Assembly: GCA_964611275.1 (NCBI GenBank)
Contig: CAZSZS010000117.1
Coordinates: forward strand, 1-56,091
DNA length: 56,091 nt
Source of the DNA: an uncultured Eubacteriales bacterium
GTDB lineage: Bacteria > Acidobacteriota > Aminicenantia > Aminicenantales > Aminicenantaceae
Direction: 5' to 3'
The first letter of the stretch is position 1; each line of letters starts with the position of its first letter. Under the pieces are notes generated by a model, which ran no database searches, had not been told where the DNA came from, and worked only from the letters and a program-made list of their open reading frames with translations. This document shows positions 1 to 9,110 of the stretch, piece after piece. Position numbers and translations under genes: made by a program.

Positions 1-8
1 ATGTCATA

Positions 9-602
9 TTAAAAAAGATATTTAATAACCAAAAATCCTCCAAGAAGAAGGATAAAAAAGAGCACCGCAAACAAGTTGAAATACTTTTCAATGAAGGATT
101 TGATCCCCGGACCGAATCTTCTAAAAAGAGCGGCAACGGCAAAGAAACGTAAAGACCTGCTGATGGCGGAAGCTGTGATAAAAAGAGGAAGGTTCAGTTT
201 AAAGACACCCGAGGCAATAGTGAATATCTTGTAGGGGATAGGAGTGAAACCAGCGGCAAAAACATACCAGAATCCGCTTTTATTGTAATGGTAAAGGACA
301 TTTTGGAACGTAGTTTCTGTGAAGCCGGGTATATATCTATAGAAAAAACCGCTTGCAGATTCCCAGAAAAAATATCCAATGGCATAGCCTAGTACACCTC
401 CCATTATGGAAGCAAGAGAAGTGTAAAGGGCAAATCTCCAGGATTTTTTTATAGAACCCAGGCAGAGGGCTATGAGAAGAGGGTCAGGGGGGATTGGGAA
501 AAAGGAGCTTTCTGCCAGGGCAAGGAGAAATAAAGCAAGGGGCCCATAGGGAGTTTCAGCCCAGTGAAGGACCCAGTCATAAAGTTTTCTAAGAAAGTTC
601 AT
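9..602 (-). CDS. YqaA/DedA (VTT domain) family membrane protein
   Basis: AESSFFPIPPDPLL and GFTPIPYKIFTIASG motifs typical of YqaA/DedA; hydrophobic; overlaps the surE stop. Confidence 0.85.
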   Translation of the reverse strand: MNFLRKLYDWVLHWAETPYGPLALFLLALAESSFFPIPPDPLLIALCLGSIKKSWRFALYTSLASIMGGVLGYAIGYFFWESASGFFYRYIPGFTETTFQNVLYHYNKSGFWYVFAAGFTPIPYKIFTIASGVFKLNLPLFITASAISRSLRFFAVAALFRRFGPGIKSFIEKYFNLFAVLFFILLLGGFLVIKYLF

Positions 603-1383
603 ATTTTGTTTTCTGAATGAGCGATTTTAATTCTTTGCTTATTATGGTCTTGTGATCTGTCATATCTTTATGAAGTGGGGTTAGCGTTATGTATCCCTGT
701 TGTATGACATGGACATCACTGTTAGCGTCTCCGATAGCTTTAGGTGTCCCTGTTCCGATCCAGTAATAATCTCTTCCTCTGGGATCTTTTTTACATATGA
801 TCTCAGGATGGTATCTTTTCTGTCCCAGTTTTGATATTTTTACTCCTTTTACAGGAGGGGAGGGGATATTGATGTTTAATGTGATCCCTTCGGGAAGGGG
901 AGCGTCGATCAGCTGTTTTGACAGGGACATTATGAATTCTGCCGCAAATTCATAAGAAAAATTTCCATTCTTGTCAGGGAGCATTGAGACAGCCAGGGAG
1001 GGTATTCCCAGAAATGTTCCCTGTACCGCACCGGCGACCGTGCCCGAATAGGATGTGTCCTGTTGTCCCAGGTTTGGACCGGGATTCATTCCTGAAATAA
1101 TGAGGTCCGGTTTAAAGGGAAGAATATTTTGTACGGCGATGTAGATGCAGTCCGCAGGTGTGCCGGTTACAGCATATGTATTCGGGTCTATTTTCTTAAC
1201 CCGCAGAGGGTGATGCAAAGTCAACGCAAGAGAAGTTGCGCTTTTCTCGCTGTCCGGGGCAACGATGGTGACATCCGCTTCTCTCTTAAGTTTGTTTTTT
1301 AGGACCTGTATTCCCTCTGAATAAAATCCATCATCATTGGTCAAGAGTATCAATGGATGACTGTGTTTGTTTGTTGCCGTCAT
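589..1383 (-). CDS. surE: 5'/3'-nucleotidase SurE
   Basis: ILLTNDDG, GTPADC, SGMNPGPNLG and YSGTVAGA signature motifs. Confidence 0.95.
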   Translation of the reverse strand: MTATNKHSHPLILLTNDDGFYSEGIQVLKNKLKREADVTIVAPDSEKSATSLALTLHHPLRVKKIDPNTYAVTGTPADCIYIAVQNILPFKPDLIISGMNPGPNLGQQDTSYSGTVAGAVQGTFLGIPSLAVSMLPDKNGNFSYEFAAEFIMSLSKQLIDAPLPEGITLNINIPSPPVKGVKISKLGQKRYHPEIICKKDPRGRDYYWIGTGTPKAIGDANSDVHVIQQGYITLTPLHKDMTDHKTIISKELKSLIQKTKYELS

Positions 1384-1444
1384 TTTTTGAATAGTCCAGT
1401 TTTATTCTTGTCCCTTTGAATGGAGCGTGGTACCTTGTGTAAAG

Positions 1445-1521
1445 TGGTCGGGACGAGCGGATTTGAACCGCCGACCCCACGCACCCCAAGCGTGTGCGCT
1501 ACCAGGCTGCGCCACGTCCCG
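1445..1521 (-). tRNA. tRNA-Pro(GGG)
   Basis: Reverse complement CGGGACGTGGCGCAGCCTGGTAGCGCA-CACGC-TTGGGGT-GCGTG-GGGTCGGCGGTTCAAATCCGCTCGTCCCGACCA; cloverleaf, anticodon GGG, encoded CCA. Confidence 0.96.
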
Positions 1522-1583
1522 ACCCGGGCCATACATTATATCAGATAAGTGATTTTTTACAACCAGAGAAACAGACCTGAAAA

Positions 1584-1934
1584 TCACTTTTCAAGAGATT
1601 CCGAAAGGTTCACTAATTGTTCTTTTATTTTAAACAAAAGTTTTTTAAGACGTTCGGGATTCACAGGTACTGAACCTTTGATATTAAATTCATTTTCTAT
1701 TTTTCTTTTTGCACCGGCATGGGTGAGGCCTTTGTTTTCTATAAGGTCCCTTAATCGTTTTATTATTTGCAGGTCTTTTTCTCTGAAGATTTTTTTCCCC
1801 GCACCTGTCCGGCCTGAATTTAAAAAATAAAACTCTTTTTCCCATCTGTTTATAGTCTTGGGATTTATTTTCGTGATCCTTGTGATTTCGGATAGGGTGT
1901 AGACAATTTTATCCGGTTGATTGGATTTGTTCAT
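1584..1934 (-). CDS. MerR-family HTH transcriptional regulator
   Basis: YTLSEITRITKINPKTINRWEKEF HTH; merR-tRNA-Pro-surE order is familiar from Proteobacteria. ATG at 1934 preferred over TTG at 1943. Confidence 0.85.
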   Translation of the reverse strand: MNKSNQPDKIVYTLSEITRITKINPKTINRWEKEFYFLNSGRTGAGKKIFREKDLQIIKRLRDLIENKGLTHAGAKRKIENEFNIKGSVPVNPERLKKLLFKIKEQLVNLSESLEK

Positions 1935-2137
1935 TGTTGGCAAAGTAGTATTAACCCATCCTGATAAAATTTTAACCTTGTTCTTCTAACAACTTGGTAC
2001 ATTATCACGGATTAAAAACAAGGTCAATATTTACATATAATTTCTGCTTTAGAGACTGAATGCATGATCATTTGACAACTTAAGAAGACTGTACAATAAT
2101 AAAAAAGCCATATATATATAAGAGAGGAGGAGAAAAA

Positions 2138-2761
2138 ATGAAGAGATATTTTTTCATCTCTGTATTGAGCCTATTAAGCACTTTAATGATATCCAATATT
2201 ATGCTCGCCCAGAGATACTATAGGGATGCTTTGAGTGATGAGTATCTGTATGAATTGAATCTTACAGATGTGCAGATCAAAGCCATTAACAAGCTTGAAA
2301 TCCAACTCGAAAAAGAACTGACTCCTTTTCTAAGTGAACTCAGGAACCTATATATTGAACTGGATGAACTGGAATTACAGAGAAACCCTGACAGCAAAGA
2401 GACAGACAGATTGATTGAAAAAATCGAAGGTTTGGAGGATAAGGTCATTCAGAAGGAAGTCCAGCTTGAAAAAAAAATAAGAGATCTACTTACTGAAGAG
2501 CAGAAAGCTGTGTTTGATAACTACTATGGATATGAAGCCTATCTTGGGCCTGGGATGGGACGATTTGGCTATGGATTGTGCCCTTATCGTTATAGAGGAG
2601 GACTCGGATGGGGTCCTGCAAGAGGCGGACGGGGTTATTACGGATATGGTCGGTACAACGGTAGATTATACGGTAGATATGGATACGGCAGAGGGCTTGG
2701 TCGAGGCAGAGGGGGAAGATATTACGATTTTCGATTCCATAGAAGGCGGGGGATCTGGTAG
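2138..2761 (+). CDS. Exported Spy/CpxP/ZraP-like helical protein with Gly/Tyr/Arg-rich C-terminal tail
   Basis: Strong SD (GAGGAGG), signal peptide, LNLTDVQ and LLTEEQK (LTxxQ) motifs, low-complexity tail. Confidence 0.65.
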   Translation: MKRYFFISVLSLLSTLMISNIMLAQRYYRDALSDEYLYELNLTDVQIKAINKLEIQLEKELTPFLSELRNLYIELDELELQRNPDSKETDRLIEKIEGLEDKVIQKEVQLEKKIRDLLTEEQKAVFDNYYGYEAYLGPGMGRFGYGLCPYRYRGGLGWGPARGGRGYYGYGRYNGRLYGRYGYGRGLGRGRGGRYYDFRFHRRRGIW

Positions 2762-2776
2762 CTGGTCTCATCCCTA

Positions 2777-3730
2777 ATGCGGATCAGAATCCTCGGAGCT
2801 GAGTCTTTAGGAGTCCGTGGGTTGTGCTGTGTGGTTGAAACAGAGGACCGAAAGATTGTCATAGATCCGGGATTGGCGCTGGGATACAGGCGCCATGGGC
2901 TTCTTCCCCATCCTTTCCAGGTAGCTGTTGGGGAAAAGGTAAGAGAAAACATCATAAAAGAACTCAAGCACAGCTCGGACATTGTTATTAGCCATTTTCA
3001 CGGCGATCATGTTCCCCTTGTCGATGCGAATCCTTATCAACTCGATGCTAAGAAAGTTGCTGTCTCTTTTACCAACCCTTTTTTGTGGTGTAAGGGAGAA
3101 AAGGAAGCCTCTCTTTCCATGAGAAAACGAAGGAGCCAACTCTCAGATATGCTGGGACGTTCTTTTCCGGATGCAGAGGGAAAAAGTACCAGCCTCTTCC
3201 GGTTTTCAAAAGCTGTTTATCACGGCGAACCAGGAAGCCGGACAGGAAGAGTGATGATGACACGTATTGAGGATGATAGAGTCTTTGTCCATGCTTCCGA
3301 CATACAGCTGCTGCACAGCAGGGCAGTGTCTCAGATATTAGACTGGAAACCGGATACGGTATTGGTATCAGGGCCTCCTTTGTACCTCAAACACATGTCA
3401 AATGAGAAAAAACAACACGCACTGACCGAAGCTGTACGGCTATCCAAGGGAGTTGCTGTTCTGATTTTGGATCACCATATCCTTCGAAGCAACGAAGGAT
3501 ATGCCCTGCTTGAAAAGGTTGAATCAGAATCAGGAAACAAAGTCATATGTGCTGCTGAATTTATGGGGCGGAGGCCACTTTTGCTGGAAGCGAACAGGAA
3601 ATTATTATATAGGGAGATGCCTGTTCCGGATGGCTGGCATAGAGAATATGCAAAGAACAGAGTGGATACTTCCGAATATAGAGTATGGCGGGGATACGAT
3701 GTCGGCCAAAGTGGAAAATATGCCAACTAA
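2777..3730 (+). CDS. Metallo-beta-lactamase-fold hydrolase (UPF0282-like)
   Basis: GAESLGVRG N-terminus, IDPG, SHFHGDH (HxHxDH), ASDIQ, LDHH. Confidence 0.75.
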   Translation: MRIRILGAESLGVRGLCCVVETEDRKIVIDPGLALGYRRHGLLPHPFQVAVGEKVRENIIKELKHSSDIVISHFHGDHVPLVDANPYQLDAKKVAVSFTNPFLWCKGEKEASLSMRKRRSQLSDMLGRSFPDAEGKSTSLFRFSKAVYHGEPGSRTGRVMMTRIEDDRVFVHASDIQLLHSRAVSQILDWKPDTVLVSGPPLYLKHMSNEKKQHALTEAVRLSKGVAVLILDHHILRSNEGYALLEKVESESGNKVICAAEFMGRRPLLLEANRKLLYREMPVPDGWHREYAKNRVDTSEYRVWRGYDVGQSGKYAN

Positions 3731-5036
3731 AAAGAGGAAACACATTCCTTTAGCAGAGCGCATGAGGCCTAAAAGCCTTGACGGATTTTATGGTCAGGAG
3801 CACCTTATCGGAGAAGGCCAGATACTGACCCAGCTTATCAAGGCTGATAATTTGATTTCGCTTATTTTCTGGGGCCCTCCGGGTTCCGGAAAAACAACCC
3901 TCGGTGCCATCTTGGCTGACCATTTTGACCTTCCCTGTATGTTTTACAGTGCCGTCCTTTCAAGTATCAAAGAGATTAAAAAAGTGATGGAGCAAGCTGA
4001 GGAACACGGCAAATTATACAAACAGCCGACCATTCTTTTTATTGATGAGATTCATAGATTCAATAAAGCGCAACAGGCGGCCTTTCTCCCCTATGTTGAA
4101 AAAGGAGAGATTATTCTTTTTGGGTCGACCACTGAAAACCCCTCTTTTGAAGTGATCGCACCTCTACTGTCGCGGACTAAAGTGCTGAAGTTGAATGCAC
4201 TGGAGCCGGAGACGCTGAAAAAAATCTTGAACAATGCGTTAAAGGACAGAGAGAGAGGATTTGGAGAGAGAGCGATTCACATATTAGAAGAAGCCACGGA
4301 TGCCATAATCACATATGCTAACGGAGATGCGAGAAGGGCTCTGAATACTCTTGAGATCGCAGCCCATCTGGCCAAGGATGACAAGATAGATTTCGAGGCT
4401 GTCAAAGAAGCCCTGCAGCAGAGGATACTATTGTATGATAAAAAAGGAGAAGAGCATTTTAATATCATTTCTGCTTTACATAAAAGCTTGAGAAACAGTG
4501 ATGTGAATGCATCTCTCTATTGGCTGGCAAGAATGATAGTGGCTGGTGAGGACCCGATGTACATAGCGAGAAGGCTGGTCAGGTTTGCTTCGGAGGATGT
4601 GGGGCTTGCGGATAATAATGCTCTCAACATAGCTCTGAATGCCAGGGATGCCTTTGAATTTATCGGTTCTCCTGAAGGCGAACTTGCTTTAGCCCAGGCT
4701 GTCATTTATCTTGCCTCTGCCCCCAAGAGCAATAGTGTGTACAAAGCATTCGGCAAAGCTGTAAAAGATGTGGAGTCCTCTCCATTTGAACCAGTTCCCC
4801 TGCATTTAAGAAATCCTGTTTCTTCATTGATGAAAAAACAGGGTTATGGAAAGGATTATAAATACGCACATGACTTTAATGAGGCCACGACGGATATGGA
4901 AACAATGCCGGAAAATCTCAAAACCAGGGAGTACTACGAACCGGGCTCGATGGGTTTTGAAAAAGAAATGAAAAAAAGAATGGATTGGTGGAAGGAAATC
5001 AAAAAAAAGATGAAAGAGAGGAAAGAAACTGGTTGA
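3720..5036 (+). CDS. rarA: Replication-associated recombination protein A (AAA+ ATPase)
   Basis: PLAERMRP, GPPGSGKTT, FIDEIHRFNKAQQ, TTENPSF, ISALHKSLR, ASEDVG, VPLHLRN; start placed at ATG 3720 (3699 possible). Confidence 0.95.
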   Translation: MPTKKRKHIPLAERMRPKSLDGFYGQEHLIGEGQILTQLIKADNLISLIFWGPPGSGKTTLGAILADHFDLPCMFYSAVLSSIKEIKKVMEQAEEHGKLYKQPTILFIDEIHRFNKAQQAAFLPYVEKGEIILFGSTTENPSFEVIAPLLSRTKVLKLNALEPETLKKILNNALKDRERGFGERAIHILEEATDAIITYANGDARRALNTLEIAAHLAKDDKIDFEAVKEALQQRILLYDKKGEEHFNIISALHKSLRNSDVNASLYWLARMIVAGEDPMYIARRLVRFASEDVGLADNNALNIALNARDAFEFIGSPEGELALAQAVIYLASAPKSNSVYKAFGKAVKDVESSPFEPVPLHLRNPVSSLMKKQGYGKDYKYAHDFNEATTDMETMPENLKTREYYEPGSMGFEKEMKKRMDWWKEIKKKMKERKETG

Positions 5037-5047
5037 TCAGAATTTAT

Positions 5048-5218
5048 TTATTTTTCTTTGTTCTCCTTTATTAAATAATAGATTTCCCAGCTCAGCTCAT
5101 CGGCGAGACATCCTATACAGGATTTTTTCGTAGTGGCGATTTCTTCGTCTTTTATTTTTTCTTTTATGATATTTTTGACCAGTTTCCTGATTTTATAAAG
5201 CAAAATGTAGTTTATCAT
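5048..5218 (-). CDS. Small hypothetical protein (56 aa) with CxxC motif
   Basis: Manual translation MINYILLYKIRKLVKNIIKEKIKDEEIATTKKSCIGCLADELSWEIYYLIKENKEK*; fills the gap between rarA and 5344; below the ORF-track size cut-off. Confidence 0.65.
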   Translation of the reverse strand: MINYILLYKIRKLVKNIIKEKIKDEEIATTKKSCIGCLADELSWEIYYLIKENKEK

Positions 5219-5343
5219 TATCTTAGCCTGACATATTCCGGTCAGAAAGGAATAATAACAACTTGATCTGGTTTAGTAAAGTGAAGGTATGCAGCTCTTT
5301 TCTTTTGACAGCCCCATTGTTTTGTTATAATGATGAGGCATAA

Positions 5344-6474
5344 ATGATAGTAGAGAACAGGCTGGATTCGAATAGACTCATATCGGCAAGAGTGGTGTTT
5401 TGTTTGTTCTTGATCTATGCCCTGAGCTCCTGTTCTTTTCATAAAAAACCGGAGCCGGCTGTAGAACCTATTTTAGATTTTCCTTTAATACAAGAAAGCG
5501 ATGCCAGTATCGAAGGCGAGATAAACAGATTTATGACCAGGGGTGAGGACAGGGTGTATTTTTCATCCTCCAGAGGATGTTTGTACTGTATAGATGACCC
5601 AAAGCAGGGAACACAACGGCTGTTTTCATCAAAGAGCGATTTTGTTTCTCCGCCCTATGTAAACGGCGAATATATTTTTATTTATGACAGCAGGAACAAT
5701 ATATTTTGTATCCATAACAATGGGACATTGGCTTGGAAGGTCGGCATAGAAGAAAATATCTCCGGAGACATAGCCGTTTCTTCCGGAAAGATATTTTTTG
5801 GGACTGAGAACGGACGTTTTCTGTGCTTGGATGCTGATTCCGGCGAGTTCCTATGGGAAGTGAAAGCAGAAGGCCCCATTTATTCACGGCCTGCGGTTAT
5901 CAATGATATGATTGTGTTTGGATGCGATGACAAGAGATTGTATTTCTTGAACTTTGATGGGGGCATTATAAAGAAGCATGAAACAGGAGGTAAAATCAGA
6001 GGAGCCTTTGCTTACAGACAGGACCGGCTCTATTTCGGTTCTTATGACGGGTATTTTTACTGTATCAATGTGAATAAACAAAAGATCGAATGGAAAGTCA
6101 AAACCGGCGGTAAAGTCCAAGCTTTTCCGTTACTGTATGAAAAATGTGTTTTGTTTGCTTCCTGGGAAAATGTTCTTTACTGTTTGAATGCAAAGAACGG
6201 CACTGTTTTATGGTGGAGTCAAATTCCCGGCCGGTGTCTGTTTCCGTTAGAGGCCGTTGGGACCCGGTTATTTGTCACATCTTTTTCTTTAAAAATGAAG
6301 CGCTTTGATATCAAAACGGGTGAAGACAAAGGAGAATATGCCGTTAAAAATGAAATGAGTTCCAATCCGTTATGGTTCCGCGAGACTCTGCTTTTATCTG
6401 TTTATGATAAAGAAGAGGATATGAGCAAGATACTTTTTTTAATAATAAATAAAAAGCTGATAGAAAAAAAATAA
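5344..6474 (+). CDS. PQQ-like beta-propeller lipoprotein (BamB-like repeats)
   Basis: Lipobox LSSC; repeated LDADSGEFLWE / LNAKNGTVLWW Trp-docking repeats. Confidence 0.8.
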   Translation: MIVENRLDSNRLISARVVFCLFLIYALSSCSFHKKPEPAVEPILDFPLIQESDASIEGEINRFMTRGEDRVYFSSSRGCLYCIDDPKQGTQRLFSSKSDFVSPPYVNGEYIFIYDSRNNIFCIHNNGTLAWKVGIEENISGDIAVSSGKIFFGTENGRFLCLDADSGEFLWEVKAEGPIYSRPAVINDMIVFGCDDKRLYFLNFDGGIIKKHETGGKIRGAFAYRQDRLYFGSYDGYFYCINVNKQKIEWKVKTGGKVQAFPLLYEKCVLFASWENVLYCLNAKNGTVLWWSQIPGRCLFPLEAVGTRLFVTSFSLKMKRFDIKTGEDKGEYAVKNEMSSNPLWFRETLLLSVYDKEEDMSKILFLIINKKLIEKK

Positions 6475-6490
6475 GGAGAGGAGATTTAAT

Positions 6491-7036
6491 ATGAACAGGG
6501 AAGAAGCTTTTCAATTGGTTAAAGAACATCTTAAAAACAAAAATCTCATTAAACACTCTCTTGCTGTGGAAGCATGCATGAGAGCCCTTGCAGAAAGATT
6601 TGATGAGGATGTCGAGAAATGGGGGCTTGCCGGATTATTACATGATATCGATTATGAAATGACCGAAAAATCACCTGAAAAGCACGGGATCGAGGCCATG
6701 ACTATCTTAGAGGATCATGATTTAGGCCCTGATATTCTAAGGGCCATCAGGGCCCATTCGGGGATGGCGGAATGTGAATCCAAGATGGACTGGTCCATAT
6801 ATTCTGTGGACCCCTTAACAGGACTTATTGTTGCTGCCACCCTTATGCATCCCAGCAAAAAAATAAAAGAGGTTGATACGGATTTTGTCAAAAGAAGATA
6901 TAAAGAAAAAAGTTTTGCCAGGGGAGCCAAACGGGATATCATTGAAGAAATCAGGAATACAGGACTGGAACTGGATGAACTTGTTTCCATAAGCTTGAAA
7001 GCCATGCAGGATATTGATGATGAGCTCGGACTATAA
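6491..7036 (+). CDS. HD-domain (HDIG) phosphohydrolase
   Basis: KHSLAVE...GLLHDIDYE...H...H motifs; SD GGAGAGG. Confidence 0.85.
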   Translation: MNREEAFQLVKEHLKNKNLIKHSLAVEACMRALAERFDEDVEKWGLAGLLHDIDYEMTEKSPEKHGIEAMTILEDHDLGPDILRAIRAHSGMAECESKMDWSIYSVDPLTGLIVAATLMHPSKKIKEVDTDFVKRRYKEKSFARGAKRDIIEEIRNTGLELDELVSISLKAMQDIDDELGL

Positions 7037-7117
7037 AGCCGGGGACATCAATGAACAGGAAAAGCATCTCTTCTTGAACCTTTGATTCTTGATTGAAACA
7101 AACAGGAGATAGGGATT

Positions 7118-7348
7118 ATGACCAAAAGACTTTACCGACTGCAGAGCAGCAAAATGATCGGTGGTGTGTGTGCCGGAATATCAAGGTATTTTGATCTGGA
7201 TGTATCCCTCATTAGATTGATATTTGTTGGGCTTGCCTTGATCACTGCCTTGTTCCCCATGCTGTTGTTCTATATCATAGCCTGGATTATAATTCCTGCG
7301 GAGGAAGAAGTCATCCCCTCAAAAAAAAAGAAGGGATCATCAAAATAG
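7118..7348 (+). CDS. pspC: PspC domain protein
   Basis: KRLYR...IGGVCAGISRYF...RLIFV...YIIAWIIIP. Confidence 0.9.
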   Translation: MTKRLYRLQSSKMIGGVCAGISRYFDLDVSLIRLIFVGLALITALFPMLLFYIIAWIIIPAEEEVIPSKKKKGSSK

Positions 7349-7469
7349 CGGTCAGCGATTTAACAGGAACAGGCCAGACCTGATGTGCTGTTTGACTTCT
7401 TATGGCTTATTCGTTATTTTAATCATTATTCTGATTCAGAGTCATGGTTAGAGGAATGGAAAAAGACTG

Positions 7470-8150
7470 ATGAACCCAAAGAAAGATATCCCTTTTAATC
7501 ACATTGCCGTTGAAGGGATGATGAGGTCCGGAAAAAAAAGACTGGCTCAAGCATTATCTAAAGAAATCGGAGGAAAAGCTGTTTTTGACCAGCCGGATAA
7601 TCCGTACTTAAAAAGTTTTTATGAGGAGAAAGAAGGGGCGGCTTTTTTGGCCCAACTCGTTTTCCTTGTCAATAGATATCACCAACAGTCAGCTCTTTTA
7701 CAGAGGGATCTGTTCTCGGAACGGATCATATGTGATTATCTTTTTGAAAAGGACAAGATATACGCCTATCAGACTTTGTCGGATGAAGAATTGATAGTGT
7801 ATGAAAAAATATTCGGAATTTTTCACGAAAAGGTTGCCAAACCGGATTTGACCATTTATCTCCAAATATCTCTGGATACTGTTTTAGAGAGCATATCAAA
7901 GACCGGATCGGAAATGGAGAAAAATATCTCTGAAAAATATCTGGAAGATATGCTGGAGGCTTTTGACTATTTCTTTTTTAATTACCAGGCAACCCCTTTG
8001 TTGGTCGTTAAAGCGGATAATCTAGACTTTGAAAGAAGGGAAGAGGTAGAGGATATTGTTGACAAAGTCGCCCAAATTAAAAAAAATACTCTCTATTATG
8101 TTCCACTGGGTAAGCATACCCAGAAAAAAAAAGAGAAGACAGATAGATAA
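7470..8150 (+). CDS. Deoxynucleoside kinase-fold protein with degenerate P-loop
   Basis: IAVEG..., NPYLKSFY, QLVFLVNRY, DYLFEKD, PDLTIYLQ; Walker A reads GMMRSGKK. Confidence 0.8.
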   Translation: MNPKKDIPFNHIAVEGMMRSGKKRLAQALSKEIGGKAVFDQPDNPYLKSFYEEKEGAAFLAQLVFLVNRYHQQSALLQRDLFSERIICDYLFEKDKIYAYQTLSDEELIVYEKIFGIFHEKVAKPDLTIYLQISLDTVLESISKTGSEMEKNISEKYLEDMLEAFDYFFFNYQATPLLVVKADNLDFERREEVEDIVDKVAQIKKNTLYYVPLGKHTQKKKEKTDR

Positions 8151-8203
8151 GACTTTACCTCAATCCTGATAGGTAAAGGCAGGATGGGGAGAAAGGAAGA
8201 TGC

Positions 8204-9073
8204 ATGTCTGAAAAATTGAATCAAAGAATCATCGTTCCAGACCTGATCAAGAAAAAGCAAAAAAGAGAAAAGATCGTTGCTTTGACCGCCTATGATTTTC
8301 CCACAGCAAAGATAGTTGACCGTGCGGGAGTTGACATTGTGCTTGTGGGAGATTCCCTGGGAATGGTTGTCCTCGGCTATGCAGATACCATTCCGGTTAC
8401 TATGGATGAGATGATACACCATACAAAAGCAGTGAGCAGAGGCGTCAAAAGAGCCCTTGTGGTAGGGGATATGCCTTATATGAGTTTTCAGATCTCCAAA
8501 CAGGAAGCTGTCCGGAATGCTTTTCGTTTTGTAAAGGAAGCCGGCGCCAGAGCTGTCAAGATCGAAGGCGCTTCTCCTTATCGGTTGGAGATAATACACG
8601 CACTGATAGAAGCGGAAATCCCGGTTATGGGACATGTCGGATTAACTCCCCAGTCAATCAATCGAATAGGCAGTTTTAAAGTAAGGGGAAAGAATAAAGA
8701 GGAGGCTGATCAGATCATAGATCAGGCGAAAAAACTGGAAGAAGCGGGTGTTTTTTCAGTAATCCTTGAGTGTGTTCCATTGGAACTGGCTGAAGTCATC
8801 ACGGATAGGCTGAATATTCCCACCATAGGAATCGGAGCCGGACCTTTTTGTGATGGTCAGATCCTGGTTTTCCATGACCTGTTGGGATATTCAAACGGAT
8901 ATTTGCCTAAATATGTAAAGAAATATGTTGACCTGAATAAAATACTGATTGATGGAATCAGTCAATATGTAAAAGAGGTGAAAGGCAATACGTTTCCTAC
9001 GGATGCCTACTCCTATCATTCCAGGGAAATAGAAAAAGTCTTTCTTCAAGAAAAAGACAAAAAAACAAATTAG
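8204..9073 (+). CDS. panB: 3-methyl-2-oxobutanoate hydroxymethyltransferase
   Basis: LTAYD, LVGDSLG, VKIEG, GHVGLTPQS, IGIGAG, DGQILV. Confidence 0.97.
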   Translation: MSEKLNQRIIVPDLIKKKQKREKIVALTAYDFPTAKIVDRAGVDIVLVGDSLGMVVLGYADTIPVTMDEMIHHTKAVSRGVKRALVVGDMPYMSFQISKQEAVRNAFRFVKEAGARAVKIEGASPYRLEIIHALIEAEIPVMGHVGLTPQSINRIGSFKVRGKNKEEADQIIDQAKKLEEAGVFSVILECVPLELAEVITDRLNIPTIGIGAGPFCDGQILVFHDLLGYSNGYLPKYVKKYVDLNKILIDGISQYVKEVKGNTFPTDAYSYHSREIEKVFLQEKDKKTN

Positions 9074-9110
9074 GACATCAATGGTGTTTTGAAAGCCGCA
9101 GGAAACCGTC

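Noticed and set aside
1931-2002. 23-codon upstream ORF overlapping the merR start (ATGA)
   Set aside because: Its ATG lies within the probable -10 element (GATAAT), so it is unlikely to be in the transcript.
3501-3719. 73-aa N-terminal extension of RarA given by the ORF track
   Set aside because: It overlaps the MBL hydrolase gene in another frame; RarA homology begins at PLAERMRP, just after ATG 3720.
8096-8635. Long antisense ORFs (e.g. 8096-8635, 33676-34173, 50229-50723)
   Set aside because: Shadow frames opposite well-supported genes, with no motifs or ribosome-binding sites.
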